DNA of 63,744 bases, counting the filler, from Reticulomyxa filosa (lineage: Eukaryota; Protista; Foraminifera): the NCBI GenBank assembly GCA_000512085.1. It is 14 parts of 14 records of this genome, joined end to end, with 100 filler letters (N's around TTAATTAATTAA, not from the genome) between each part and the next. Parts side by side here need not be neighbours in the genome. Positions count along the whole stretch, not along the records: positions 1 to 13,470 come from ASPP01001517.1; 13 more parts are not named here. One strand, 5' to 3'. This document shows, in pieces, positions 1-11,174 of this stretch. Position numbers and translations under genes: made by a program. Every line of letters starts with the position of its first letter. Position 1 is the first letter of the stretch. The notes under the pieces were generated by a model. That model ran no database searches. It was not told the origin of the DNA and saw nothing but the letters and a program-made list of their open reading frames with translations.

Positions 1-170
1 AACCTAGGAAAAACTTATCATAAAACCAATTTCATATTTAAAAATTACAAGATTTGTAGATATTTTTTTTTAAAAAAATTAGGTTTAAATCTTTATTTTT
101 CATTGAGAAAATCGATTCTCTTCGTATAGTGCCATTAGGTATGGCAGTTTTTTTTGTAATCTACTGTATC

Positions 171-275
171 TATTTCCTAGATGGTCAAATTATTGTATCT
201 TCTTAATGGGATAAAACTACTCGTTTGCGAGATATAAAATCTGGTAATGAGATACAAAAATTAGAAGGACATTTC
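171..275 (+). pseudogene. WD40-repeat fragment, degenerate
   Basis: Manual translation FLDGQIIVSS*WDKTTRLRDIKSGNEIQKLEGH: one WD40 repeat with an in-frame TAA. Confidence 0.7.
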
Positions 276-319
276 AAAAATACCCTATATCATTTACATA
301 GCTTGTACGTCCTTCTAAT

Positions 320-900
320 ATTTTCAGTTGTTCTCCACACTTTAGTCCCATATTCGGGTTGTCTTATCCCATGAACAAGACACAATATATTTATCATCTG
401 GAGAAAATTTTGCACGTCATACACATCAGTATGTCCTATGAATTGTTGTAATTTTTTCCCGTCATAAATTAATTGTTCTATCTTCAGAAAACGATATAAT
501 CATTTGACCATCTACTGAAAATTGACATTGCATAACCACGAGAATCAGTTAATTTTTTTATGTTTTCCCGAAGTTACATCCAATAACCTTATTGTTTTGT
601 CATGTGAACCTGATACAATATATTTACCGTCTGAAGAACAGTTAACATGCAACACTGCGCCTAAACTTCCTTCAAATTGTAGCAACTCTTTTCCTGTTTT
701 TACATTCCATAATCTAACTGTTTTATCTTGTGAGCAAGATACGATACTGTATCCATCTGGTGAGAATTCTGCAAAATTAACCCAATTGGAATGGCCTTTG
801 AGATATTGAATTTGTTTTTCAGATTTAATATCCCATATACGTTTGTGTTCAACGGTTTGGTATATATGTGAAGATAAAAACATTACTGTGTCTTACAAAA
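320..900 (-). pseudogene. WD40-repeat protein, frameshifted remnant
   Basis: ORF 545-883 has GH...FSPDG..IVSCSQDKTVRLWN and SGSHDKTIRLLD repeats. Further WD repeats (FSPDDKYIVSCSWDKT) continue in other frames to about 320. Confidence 0.8.
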
Positions 901-1902
901 ACATGAAAGGATTTTATTCTTGTCTCGTTGTTATTAGAAATAGCACATCTTCATGATCCTCTTTTTTTTCAAGTAAAGAAAAGGAAAAATTGACATATTT
1001 GCAAATACTATTTACAGATTAAAAGAAAGCATCAAGTTTGAAGGTTTTTAAACTGCTTTGATGTGTCCAGTTGCAAGTAGGAGATGAGTGACAATTTGAC
1101 ACAAGCACTATCTTAATTATTGATATTCTTATAAACATATCATTTTTATCAAAACGTCATTACTTAATCTTTACCACTAAGCATCTTTAATTTTTCTTTG
1201 TGGTTCATTTTCATTTTATTTTGTGTCATTTTATTCCAAAGTGGTTCTTTTTTTTTAACCTTTTTTTGAACAATTATGTATCAAATGCCTGCTCGCATTC
1301 GTGTGTTTTGTGGACTTTTCTCAATTAGAGAAAATGCACGTCTGTTGGAACAAAAGAAAATCAATACTTTGAAAAAAAAAAGGTTCACACTAGGAATGTT
1401 TCCTTTTTGTTCAATGTCATTCAATTTTTCTTGAATGCAATAATTCTTAATTTGACCTAAAAGTTTTTTATGTGATTATCTCCAACCGATTCACGTTTTG
1501 AAAATTATAATTATGAAAAATAACAATGTGATACGTACAAAATCGAATTAAGTATGATGACACAAAAAAAGGGATCTCAAAGTAATGATAATTCATAAAT
1601 TGCGCTCTGCATAAAATACTTGGATACACGTATGTGCGTATAAGTTGACGGAATTAAAAAAAAGATATATGTGAGTAATGTCCTAATATTTTTACATTTT
1701 TGATTATTATTGGTTACAAATATTCAATTTAATTGTAAAGTGGTAATTGTCATTTTCTTTTCCTGTTTTTTTGTTCAAGAGGGGATCAAGTTAAGTTTTT
1801 TTTTTGTTTGATTTGGTTTTGTTTTTTTTTCAACATCTGGCATAGTCTCTCTTTCAACTTACTTCCTTTTTGTTTAGTGTTTATACAAAAACAAGAAAAG
1901 AA

Positions 1903-3036
1903 ATGGGTGCAGTTGAAACTGTATGCGACGTAGTAACAGACAACAAAATATATTACAATTGTCCGAAATGTAGACGGAGAGTATGGGCATATGGATCTTT
2001 TGTTGGCAACGTATGTTGGGAGTGTCCAGGGACAATAGTGCAAGCAGCAGCAAGAACAGTGGATGCAGCAACACTTGGTGTAACATCAAGTATAACCTCC
2101 ACGGTAGCGGATACAGTAACAGATACAAAAAGATACTACAAATGTCCAAAGTGTAATCGAGAAGTTTGGGCGTATGGAACATTTGACGGTAATATATGTT
2201 GGGAATGTCCGGGAACATTAGTGCAGGCAACAGCAAAAGTGGTGGATGCAACAACACTTGGCGTAACATCAAGTATAACCTCCACAGTAGCGGATACACT
2301 AACAGACACAAAAAGATATTACAAGTGTCCAAAATGTAATCGAGAAGTTTGGGCGTATGGAACATTTGACGGCAATATATGTTGGGAATGTCCGGGGACA
2401 TTAGTACAGGCAACAGCAAAAGTGGTGGATGCAACAACAGGAAATTCAACAAAAGCTATATCATCTACACTAGCTGATACGTTAACGGATACAAAAAGAT
2501 ATTACAATTGTCCAAAATGCAATCGAGAAGTCTGGGCGTATGGAACATTTGAAGGTAATGTATGTTGGGAATGTTCGGGAACGTTATCAAATGCGGCGGC
2601 AAAAACAGTGAATGCAGCAATCGAAAGTACAATGAAAAGCGCCAATACGACAATAGCAAATACGTTAGCAGCAAATTCATTGCAAGGCTTTACGTCGACA
2701 GCAACGGATGTATTAACAGGCACAAAGAGATATTATAAATGTCCAAAATGTGATCAAGAAGTTTGGGCTTATGGAATTTATGAAGGCACTGTATGTCAGA
2801 ATTGTTCAGGCACTGTCATACAGGCGACTGCAAAAACTGTGGATGCCGCAACAGAAAATGCCTTCACAAATGTTACGTCAACGACAGCTGATATATTAAC
2901 GGATACGAAAAGATATTATCCATGTCCAAAATGTAGAGAAAATGTATGGGCATATGGAGCTTTTCAAGGCAATACATGTTGGAACTGTCGTTCCACAATT
3001 GAAGGTATGCTTGATACAGTTCAAGAATTGAAATAA
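1903..3036 (+). CDS. Uncharacterised intronless 377-aa protein of six tandem zinc-ribbon (CxxC-x14-CxxC) + Thr/Ala-rich helix repeats
   Basis: Open frame from ATG 1903 (MGAVET) to TAA 3036. The unit TDTKRYYxCPKCxREVWAYGxFxGNxCWEC occurs 6 times, and repeats 2 and 3 differ mainly at synonymous sites in the ribbon. Confidence 0.9.
   Translation: MGAVETVCDVVTDNKIYYNCPKCRRRVWAYGSFVGNVCWECPGTIVQAAARTVDAATLGVTSSITSTVADTVTDTKRYYKCPKCNREVWAYGTFDGNICWECPGTLVQATAKVVDATTLGVTSSITSTVADTLTDTKRYYKCPKCNREVWAYGTFDGNICWECPGTLVQATAKVVDATTGNSTKAISSTLADTLTDTKRYYNCPKCNREVWAYGTFEGNVCWECSGTLSNAAAKTVNAAIESTMKSANTTIANTLAANSLQGFTSTATDVLTGTKRYYKCPKCDQEVWAYGIYEGTVCQNCSGTVIQATAKTVDAATENAFTNVTSTTADILTDTKRYYPCPKCRENVWAYGAFQGNTCWNCRSTIEGMLDTVQELK
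1936..2990 (+). repeat. Coding tandem repeat, 183-nt (61-codon) unit, 6 copies
   Basis: GAY-ACA-AAA-AGA starts at 2122 and 2305 (183 nt apart). The fourth unit has a linker about 15 aa longer. Confidence 0.9.
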
Positions 3037-3302
3037 AATTTTTGTTATGAATTTGGAGTGAAATTTTTTTTTGGAGTTAGTTTTGTCAAACCATAGAAAA
3101 ACTTTCTCTCTTTTTTGAATTATCAATCCAAAAAAAAAAATTGAATAGTTTCTTAAAGAAACTATTTTGTTTCAAAAAAATTGTGAATGTAAATTATCAT
3201 TTTATCAAAAGTTAGAATCAAAGTCACAAATCACTCAATTTTTTCTTCTTTCTCAACCAACTCTATAAACTGAATGTTGTTGGTATACATTGACACTCTT
3301 AG

Positions 3303-4186
3303 TTAACTTATATATACTAATTTTCCTGAATAATGAAATATCAACTAACCATATCTTAACTCTTGATCTGTGACAAGGTAGTTATTATTTTCGGTATTAA
3401 CACATAAAACGATAGTGTAATGAGCACAAATATCATTGCCGCCCATAATAATTAAAGATCGATTTGAAAAATTAGTATTGTCAATATAACTCCAATTATC
3501 TCAGCTTCTTGTGCAAAAGACTCTGTACCTTTCCATTCACAATAATTAAAATTAGATTATATATTTTTATTGTAAAAGTTTTCATAACTCCATCCACAAC
3601 GAGGCAATTCATTGTATTCATATTCACTTGCACTTAATTGTTTGGAATATCCATGCATTTTCAAACAAATATTAATTGCATTATTGCCATAACCCCAATT
3701 GGTATTTACAGATTTATAACCTCTAGCTTTACTTAATAAAGATTTTGGAATGACATTAGAAAATTTTTGACCATTGATGGTAACTATAGTACCTGAATTA
3801 TCATAATAATTTTCCAAAAAAGTATTCAATGATACCCCTATTTCACTGGCTTTATTTATCGAACCAAGCTTTTTCAGAGGGAGTTTTTCCAATACAATCT
3901 AAACATGTACATCCAATACCAACACCATAAGCTCATTTTTTAACTCCGCATCGAGGACATCGATATTCTGTTTTATTATCTGTTACTGCATCTACTACTG
4001 TTGATGTTAGACCAAGTGTTACATTATCAGTTGTTTTTATTATTCCATGTCCTATTGTCCTGGACACTCCCAACATACGTTTCCAACATAAGACCCGTGT
4101 GCCCATACTTCTCGTCCACACTTTGGACAATTGTAATATATTTTGTTGTCTGTTATTGCGTCTACCACTGTTTCGACTGCACCCAT
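3303..4186 (-). pseudogene. Disrupted paralog of the zinc-ribbon repeat gene: two ribbons fused to a putative papain/C39-like peptidase domain
   Basis: Starts MGAVETVVDAITDNKIYYNCPKCGREVWAHGSYVGNVCWECPG. A 1-nt deletion lies near 4060. The second ribbon YRCPRCGVKK*AYGVGIGCTCLDC has TGA (3933-3935) at the conserved Trp. Downstream segments NTNWGYGNNAINICL and AHYTIVLCVNTENNNYLVTDQ are separated by further stops and frameshifts. Confidence 0.75.
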
Positions 4187-5378
4187 TTTATTTCTTGTCC
4201 AAACCAAAGAAAAAACAACGTATAAACAAAAAAAACTCAATCTAGACGAAATTCCTTTTTGTATGAAGTGATATGTATCAATAAATTCTTAATGAACAGG
4301 TTCTTGAGCAATAAAAGTGTATTTACACATGTGATTGTAATGCAAGATTAGCAACAGAAGTTAGACAAGTATCCATAATCAAAACTACTTTTGTGGTTTT
4401 AAAGGGGCCAGGTTGTGTTTTTAAACATTTTGTCTGCACATTTTATAACTTAATTAAATTGAAAACAACCAAAAAAGTAGATATAACAAAAGGCTCATGA
4501 ATGTAGCGTTAGTAGGTGTCTTTGGGGACTTTTTTTTTCAAAGGATTAATAATTTTTATCATAGCCAAATCAAACTGTCTATTACAGTATATGCAAAAAT
4601 CAAGTCGTAAAAAAAAAGGAATTAATGGCACTTCTTGCACACGGCCCGAAAGCGCAGATTATGAACTTAAGACGCTGACTTGTGTTACATGCAATTTTCA
4701 ATACAAATTTTGTGACGTTCAATTGCTGGACTTGAAGGCCGTTATCATGGACGTCAAGTGATTGGTGTGGCATAAACATGTGAATTGACTCTGATAATGT
4801 TGGACAATTCAAGCTATTGCAACACAAGAAGAGAATAAAAAGAAATCACTTTGTTGTCTGGTACCTCGATTGTAGGCTTTAGTGTCTCAGTTGATCATAT
4901 AATCCATTGGTCATATTAGCTAACTCATCGTCGTTTTTTTCAGACATTTTTTTTTTAAATAAAATAAATGAAATTTGATTATAATTTATAATTTTTTACA
5001 TTTTTTATTCAAAAATATAAAAATTGAATTCATGCTAACGAAAAATGCATGCGAAACATTAAATTAATTTTTTTCAAATTATTTATATGTCATATTTATT
5101 ATTATTCAATTTTAAAAAAAAGGAGGCAGCTATGAACATAACTTGACGAAATTTTCAAAAAAAATCATTACAACATTTTTACTTCATTTATTAACTTTCT
5201 TTGTTCAAAAGAAAAACAATGTGAAATTTTTCAGAGATACGTTGTAGTACTTATTTCGAAAAATATATTATTTAATTTGATTTTGATTATTTATCTTAAT
5301 TTTTGAAAGTGACCATTAATGAGGAAATATCATATTCCACAAACATATTGTGGTTCTTTTTAAAAAATAACTACGAGC

Positions 5379-7322
5379 TTATTTTTCACTTCCTTTCTTA
5401 TTTATTTCTTCACTTAATGCATAAATTCTGTATTTTGTTCGTAGAGTTTCCGCATTGTATTCTCCTAATACTGTATTATAAGTTTTCCATGCATTTTCAT
5501 AATATTTATATGCAGTTTCCATTTCGCCTTTGTTTTCAAAGGATATTGCTAAACCCCAATAAGAATCAGAGATATCTGTATTTATAATTTCAAATATTTG
5601 ATTTCGTATTTTCAATGATTGATGAAAACATTGAATAGCTTTATCGTAAATACCCTTCTTGTTATAAGTAATTCCTAAATTTTCGTACAAAGAAGATACA
5701 AAAGACGAATAAAGGCCAAAAATATTTAATAAAATATTTAGCCCTTTTTCATAATAGTGAATAGCTATATCATGTTGATGTTTGTCATCGAATAGAAATC
5801 CAATTAAATTATAAGATATAGCGACATAAGGATGAAAATAGCCAAATGTGTTAGTACAAATTTGTAAATGCTTTTGTAAATAAATAATTGCATCATCAAA
5901 ATTTCCACTTCTTGAAAAATTTTCATTTTCATCTTCAAGATCTTGAAGTAAAATAGGGATATCACAATGTATTTTAATATCCCATAAAATAAATTTCATT
6001 GAATTTGTTTTTAATTTTTCGTCAATAATACAATTTTCTGTATAAAACAGTTGGGTTGTAATATTTACATCTCCTTTACATTGAATTTCACAATTGACAG
6101 CATATACATTACCATCAATAGTTATTCCATCTAATGTTATCATTTTACTTTTAATGACATAAATCCAATAATCAGTGAATTGTTCTTTATTGATATTTTT
6201 GTTATTTAATAATAAATGCAAAAATGAAGACGAGAAGTTGCTTTTAGTTTCGGTTAAATGTTTAGCTACAATAATTATTCCTTGTTTGTTTTTAGTTATC
6301 ATTTCTTTAACTAATTTTGATGCTTCCACATTTGATTTTCTCCAATTCTTGTTCCAATGTTTTTTGAAGTCTAATGTTTCTAAAGTATTTTTATCATTGT
6401 TATGATTGGCATTAGGTAATCTTGGAATCAAATAAATGTCAGTCCAAGTATATTGAAATAGCTCTCTTCCAAATAAAATTGTGTTAATTTGTTTAATAAT
6501 AAAATTAAGACTTTGATTAATGTCGTTTTCTATAACTTGACAAAATACTTTCATAAAATAATTATGTTTTTGTTTATTTTCTAAATTTGAAATGGTTAAT
6601 TCTTGTGGGATACTTACAAAAATTTCAAACATATCTTCTTCTTGATTATGTTCCATTTCCATTTTATTTTGGTTATATGTTATTTTAACAAATATCTTTG
6701 GTTTCCTTGCAAAATATCCATTTTTAGTTCGAAATTTATCTTGAATATCTTTAAAATCTTTAATTTGATTATCACTTGTTACCAATGTATTGTTATCCTT
6801 TTCAAGTTCCCCATGCCCACACCACACAAATATTAGTCCATCATTCATATTAATACTGTTATCATTCGAATTATATTTGTCAATAAATTGATCTAAATCT
6901 TTCAATGTAATTGTTTCTGTACTCACATTTTCAGAATCAAAAATACTAAATACTTGATAACCAAATCTCATTGCAAACAATTCCTTCAACAAATAAAGAT
7001 CTTGCTTTACATCTTCTAAACGAAATTGTTTTTCATATTGTATTGACCCTGTCAATAATACCAATGGATGTTTTATTTTTTGTTCTTCCTTTTTCCCAAA
7101 ATACGCGTAAATGTCCAATTCATTAAATTCTATCATTTGTTCAAGTCGTTCATCTGTTGCAATATCGCAATTATTACTATCAGTTATTTTTACTAGTTCG
7201 TTTTCTTCATCGCCTTTCGTTACTTCAATTATTTTTTGCTTCAACGCTTCAACCTGCAAACACGTCAAAGTGATTCGATATTTCTTTGACCTTATTGTCA
7301 CAAAAACTTCTTTGGACGTCAT
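5379..7322 (-). CDS. Caspase-like (C14-fold, probably inactive) domain + C-terminal TPR repeat protein, intronless
   Basis: 647-aa ORF. Caspase-type motifs PLVLLTGSIQY...DLYLLKELF..FGYQV, GLIFVWCGHG and KPKIFV. About four TPRs, e.g. HPYVAISYNLIG and LYENLGITYNKKGIYDKAIQCFHQSLKIR. Confidence 0.85.
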   Translation of the reverse strand: MTSKEVFVTIRSKKYRITLTCLQVEALKQKIIEVTKGDEENELVKITDSNNCDIATDERLEQMIEFNELDIYAYFGKKEEQKIKHPLVLLTGSIQYEKQFRLEDVKQDLYLLKELFAMRFGYQVFSIFDSENVSTETITLKDLDQFIDKYNSNDNSINMNDGLIFVWCGHGELEKDNNTLVTSDNQIKDFKDIQDKFRTKNGYFARKPKIFVKITYNQNKMEMEHNQEEDMFEIFVSIPQELTISNLENKQKHNYFMKVFCQVIENDINQSLNFIIKQINTILFGRELFQYTWTDIYLIPRLPNANHNNDKNTLETLDFKKHWNKNWRKSNVEASKLVKEMITKNKQGIIIVAKHLTETKSNFSSSFLHLLLNNKNINKEQFTDYWIYVIKSKMITLDGITIDGNVYAVNCEIQCKGDVNITTQLFYTENCIIDEKLKTNSMKFILWDIKIHCDIPILLQDLEDENENFSRSGNFDDAIIYLQKHLQICTNTFGYFHPYVAISYNLIGFLFDDKHQHDIAIHYYEKGLNILLNIFGLYSSFVSSLYENLGITYNKKGIYDKAIQCFHQSLKIRNQIFEIINTDISDSYWGLAISFENKGEMETAYKYYENAWKTYNTVLGEYNAETLRTKYRIYALSEEINKKGSEK

Positions 7323-7688
7323 TATGTCCGGTCAATTTATAAATAACCCCTTTTTCATTTTGGGGGCATTCTAGCACACAAGTCTTAAACAGTCAAATAA
7401 TTACTTATTAATGACCTCATTCTTTTCTTTCATTGGAGTTTACGCTGGGAATTTTTGTAAAACAATTGTGACAAAAACACAAGGACAAGAGATGTATGAG
7501 AAGACTTCTAGAATACACCCAAAAATTTTCATTAAGAAGACAAACTCACATCAAACCATATCATAAGACTTTGTTTATTAACGACAGCACATCTTGTGAC
7601 CAAAAAGGTGGAGAAAAACATGCAAAGCAATTTTTAAAAAAAAAACAATAACAAAAAAAATAAACTAACAGGATAGGCTGGAAAAAAA

Positions 7689-10671
7689 CTACAAGTTCAC
7701 ACAATGAGACAAATCAAATACATGCAAAAAAAAACTAATCATCTTGCTCATGATTAGCACTTTATTGTTCCGCGTTTGCCTCACTTTATCTTCTTCATCA
7801 TTTTTTTCGACATTCTTTTTTCTTTTTTCATTTTTATGTGTATCTTCATTTTCGTTGTCATCGTCGTCATCTTCATTTTCTTCTTTGATAGCCGGTGACG
7901 TGTCATCCACGTCTTTTTCGGTTTTTTTTTCTTTCTGAAGTCATAAAAAAAAAAACCGCAAACAAGTGCAGTCATTTTTAAATAAAGTCACAACACAGAG
8001 CTTTGAGAAAGTTCAATTCAAGTTTATGGCAACGCAAGTTACAAACGAATGACAAACTTGTATCGATGTTGAGGTTTTGACAGTTGATCTTGTTGATAAC
8101 CCAGGAGAGCGTCATACATCATATCTGTAAAGCCCCAAAGTATAATATTCATTCATAAGTTTGTCCATTCATGTATACACCATATATAAATATATAAATA
8201 TATTATGTATATGTATATATGTATGTGTATATTTCCATCTTTCATGCCAAAAAAAAAAAACAACATGGAACACATACGTCGAACTCCAAATTTTGTTTTG
8301 ATAGATTTTTCAAATTCAAAAGACAGATCAAACTTTGGACAAGTGATTTCGTCCTCTTCTCGGTGCAAGTCACTCAGCCAAGGATGTTCCAATCCTTGCA
8401 CTGCAGTAATGCGTTGTTGAGGATTTAATACTAACATCTTCAACAACAAGTCACGTGCTGTTTTGTTTTTTGTTTTTGTTTTTTATTTTATTTTTTTTTA
8501 TATTTGAATGATATCTTTATTTTGTTGAATAAAAAAATAACCTTTGTCCGAGCCTTTTTCAAAGATTTTGTGCAAATCTTTGCCATCATGTGGTTTCAAT
8601 TTTTGCACCCAACGTTTGGCCTCGGGAGTTTTGATCCAATCAAATTCTTTGGGTGTTCCCATGGTCTCAAATATGATTTTCAATTGATCCAAATCTTCGA
8701 AACAAATAAAAGAGAAAAAGATTGAATTAAAAAAAAAAAAGATAGATTGTGTTAGCGAAACAGTTTTGCCCAGGGAATAACGGTCTACGCAAAATCAACT
8801 CAGCAAGGATGCACCCAACGGACCAAATATCAACAGCTTCGTCGTACATCCCTGCGGAACACATAACCTCCGGTGAGCGATACCATCGAGTCACTACGTA
8901 TTCCGTCGGCTTCCCAATACCATCATCTTTGCACACCCCTCGAGCCAAACCAAAATCGGTGATTTTCACGTCGCAATCTGCTCCATTCACAAGTATATTT
9001 TCTGGTTTCTATGTTACATTATCCATAACCATTTATACTTATGTATGTACATATATATATGTCAATGGGACAAACGCTTGAATGAATTAGGAGGGGAAAA
9101 AAAGGGGGATGATCCACATTCAATTTATATATATATATAATTAAAGTACCAAATCTCTGTGAATAACGCCTGCGGAATGCATATATTTCAACCCTCGCAA
9201 GATTTGATAAATGAAAAATTGGAAATGTCTATCCGTCAGTTTTTGTTTGGATCGAATGACTTTTGCTAAGGTAGTTTCCATTTTTGGCATTACCAAATAC
9301 ACCTCGTTGAATGTTTCGATTTCCCCCGGCTCAGGTGGTATCACGTCAATCAAATCGATTATCTGGTGTTCAAAAGTGTATTTGTGTGCATGTATGTTTA
9401 TACATACATATATGTATATATTAGTACTTTTCTTCTTCATATGCATATACACGTGCATATTGAAAGAAAAGATGGGAGTAAGAGCAAGCGAAAGAGAATA
9501 ATAATACACATACATCTTGATGGCGAAAATGCATCAACAGTTTTATCTCTCTCAAAATTCTGCGCGCATCTGTGATATGATCAAACACACCCTTATTTTT
9601 TTTAATCGCCACTTTTCGACCACTTCGCGTGTCAATTGCTTCACTGTGAATTGCATAAATATACATATATGTATATTTGTATATGTATACAAAAGAGAGA
9701 TTAAAGACAATGAACACACCAGACGATAGCATAAGCACCAGAACCAAGTATCCTTACAGGCTGATAGTAGTCATATAAAACAAATATTTCATTTTTGACA
9801 CGGTAAGGGACTTTTTTCAATTCTTCAGTTTCCTTTTCCTCTTTGCGTTTTTTCTTAGTTGTTGCATACATATTTTGCTATTATTATTATTTTTTTTTTT
9901 TCACAAGTCAAAACAAAAGAATTTTTTTTAAAAAAAAAAATGAAAAATTAAAGCAAAAAAAATTCATCTGTCTTCATATCACTACGCACATGCAAATAAA
10001 AATGTAACTTCTTTGACAAGTTCTTTATCTTTAGGAAACATAGAATGTCTTCTTGCATCTTCTTTGGGATCAATTCTTCTTTTTTTTGGATGCTTGCCCG
10101 AGTCCGCGGAGGAGTCATTGATGTTTATGGACTTACTGCGATCACCACTATTTAAATAATACATAACAAACATATACATATATATGTATATGTTTACATA
10201 TTGTTCAAAAAAAAAAAAAAGGGACACTACAAAAAAAAATAAAATAAACGTGTCTTTAGGTCCGCCACGCCATTCAATCAATTGTTGTATTCGCTGATTG
10301 GTTGCGGAGGATCCCATCATTTGATATCCGGGCACGCTCAGACCTCTCCCTCCTTGTGCTGCTCTTCCTCCTCCTGTTTCATCGTCGTGCGGTTGTCCCT
10401 TTGGCTGCGACTTGTGCGCTGCTTCGTCTGTGTCTGCTGTGTCTAAACTCTTTTCGTCTCCGTCATTATCTCCGTCATTTTCAAACGCTTCGTTCCCATC
10501 ATCTTCTACTGTCTCAGTCGCTTCTTGCTGCGTTCCAGACGTCTTCTCTGCTAGTTCTTCATCATTGTCTTTGCTCTTGCTGTCTTGGTCACCACTATCT
10601 CCTCTCTCGTGCGAGGCCGTTCCGTCCTCTGTTTCTTTCTCACTTTTTCGTCCGAACAGCTTTTTCAACAT
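7689..10671 (-). CDS. Mitogen-activated protein kinase (TEY type), multi-exon, with acidic N- and C-terminal extensions; 3' end approximate
   Basis: Exons encode [67 protein letters not shown] and [13 protein letters not shown]. Confidence 0.93.
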
Positions 10672-11174
10672 TTACAACTTTAATTTTAACCAAACCTCGT
10701 TTGCTTTCAAAAATTGAGAAAAAAAACTTTATAACACCACAAAAATTATTATTATTATTAGTTTTTTTTATCCTCTCCCGTTGAAGAGAATATTTTTTAA
10801 AAACTTTCTTATAAGTTTGTACTTGTCATTGTAAACTGTTCTTTACATTCAACATTTTAGCTTCTGTTAAATGTCACATATCTTTCATTTTCTTCTTCCC
10901 ACTCGTTTTAAAATAAAGTATTCTTTTCAATTCTAAAACGATGATCTTTTAATTAATGGAATTTTTGGGCTTTAAAAAACGAGTTAAATTGAAGGTTGCA
11001 TTCACAATTGATAAAAACAAAAAATGCCTTTACCAACTTAAAAGGAGATCAAGTGTATTTTTATTTTCCTCTCATACTGTAACAAACTCTTTTTGATGTG
11101 ATTCTGTTGATTGCTTGGCCGGTTATATCAAAAAAAAAAACACGCCCAATAAAGACAAAGTTGAATCCCCTCTT

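Noticed and set aside
1936-2990. Regularly spaced repeats as a CRISPR-like array
   Set aside because: Units are whole-codon, in-frame protein repeats with homologous linkers; no unique spacers and no cas genes.
3933-3935. TGA at a conserved Trp position suggesting stop-codon reassignment
   Set aside because: Intact genes use TGG for Trp and end in TGA (e.g. 16571-16573, 50700-50702). The same locus also has frameshifts and TAA/TAG stops.
4600-4947. Possible small minus-strand gene (MSEKNDDELANM...)
   Set aside because: Early in-frame stop and no recognisable motif; cannot support a call.
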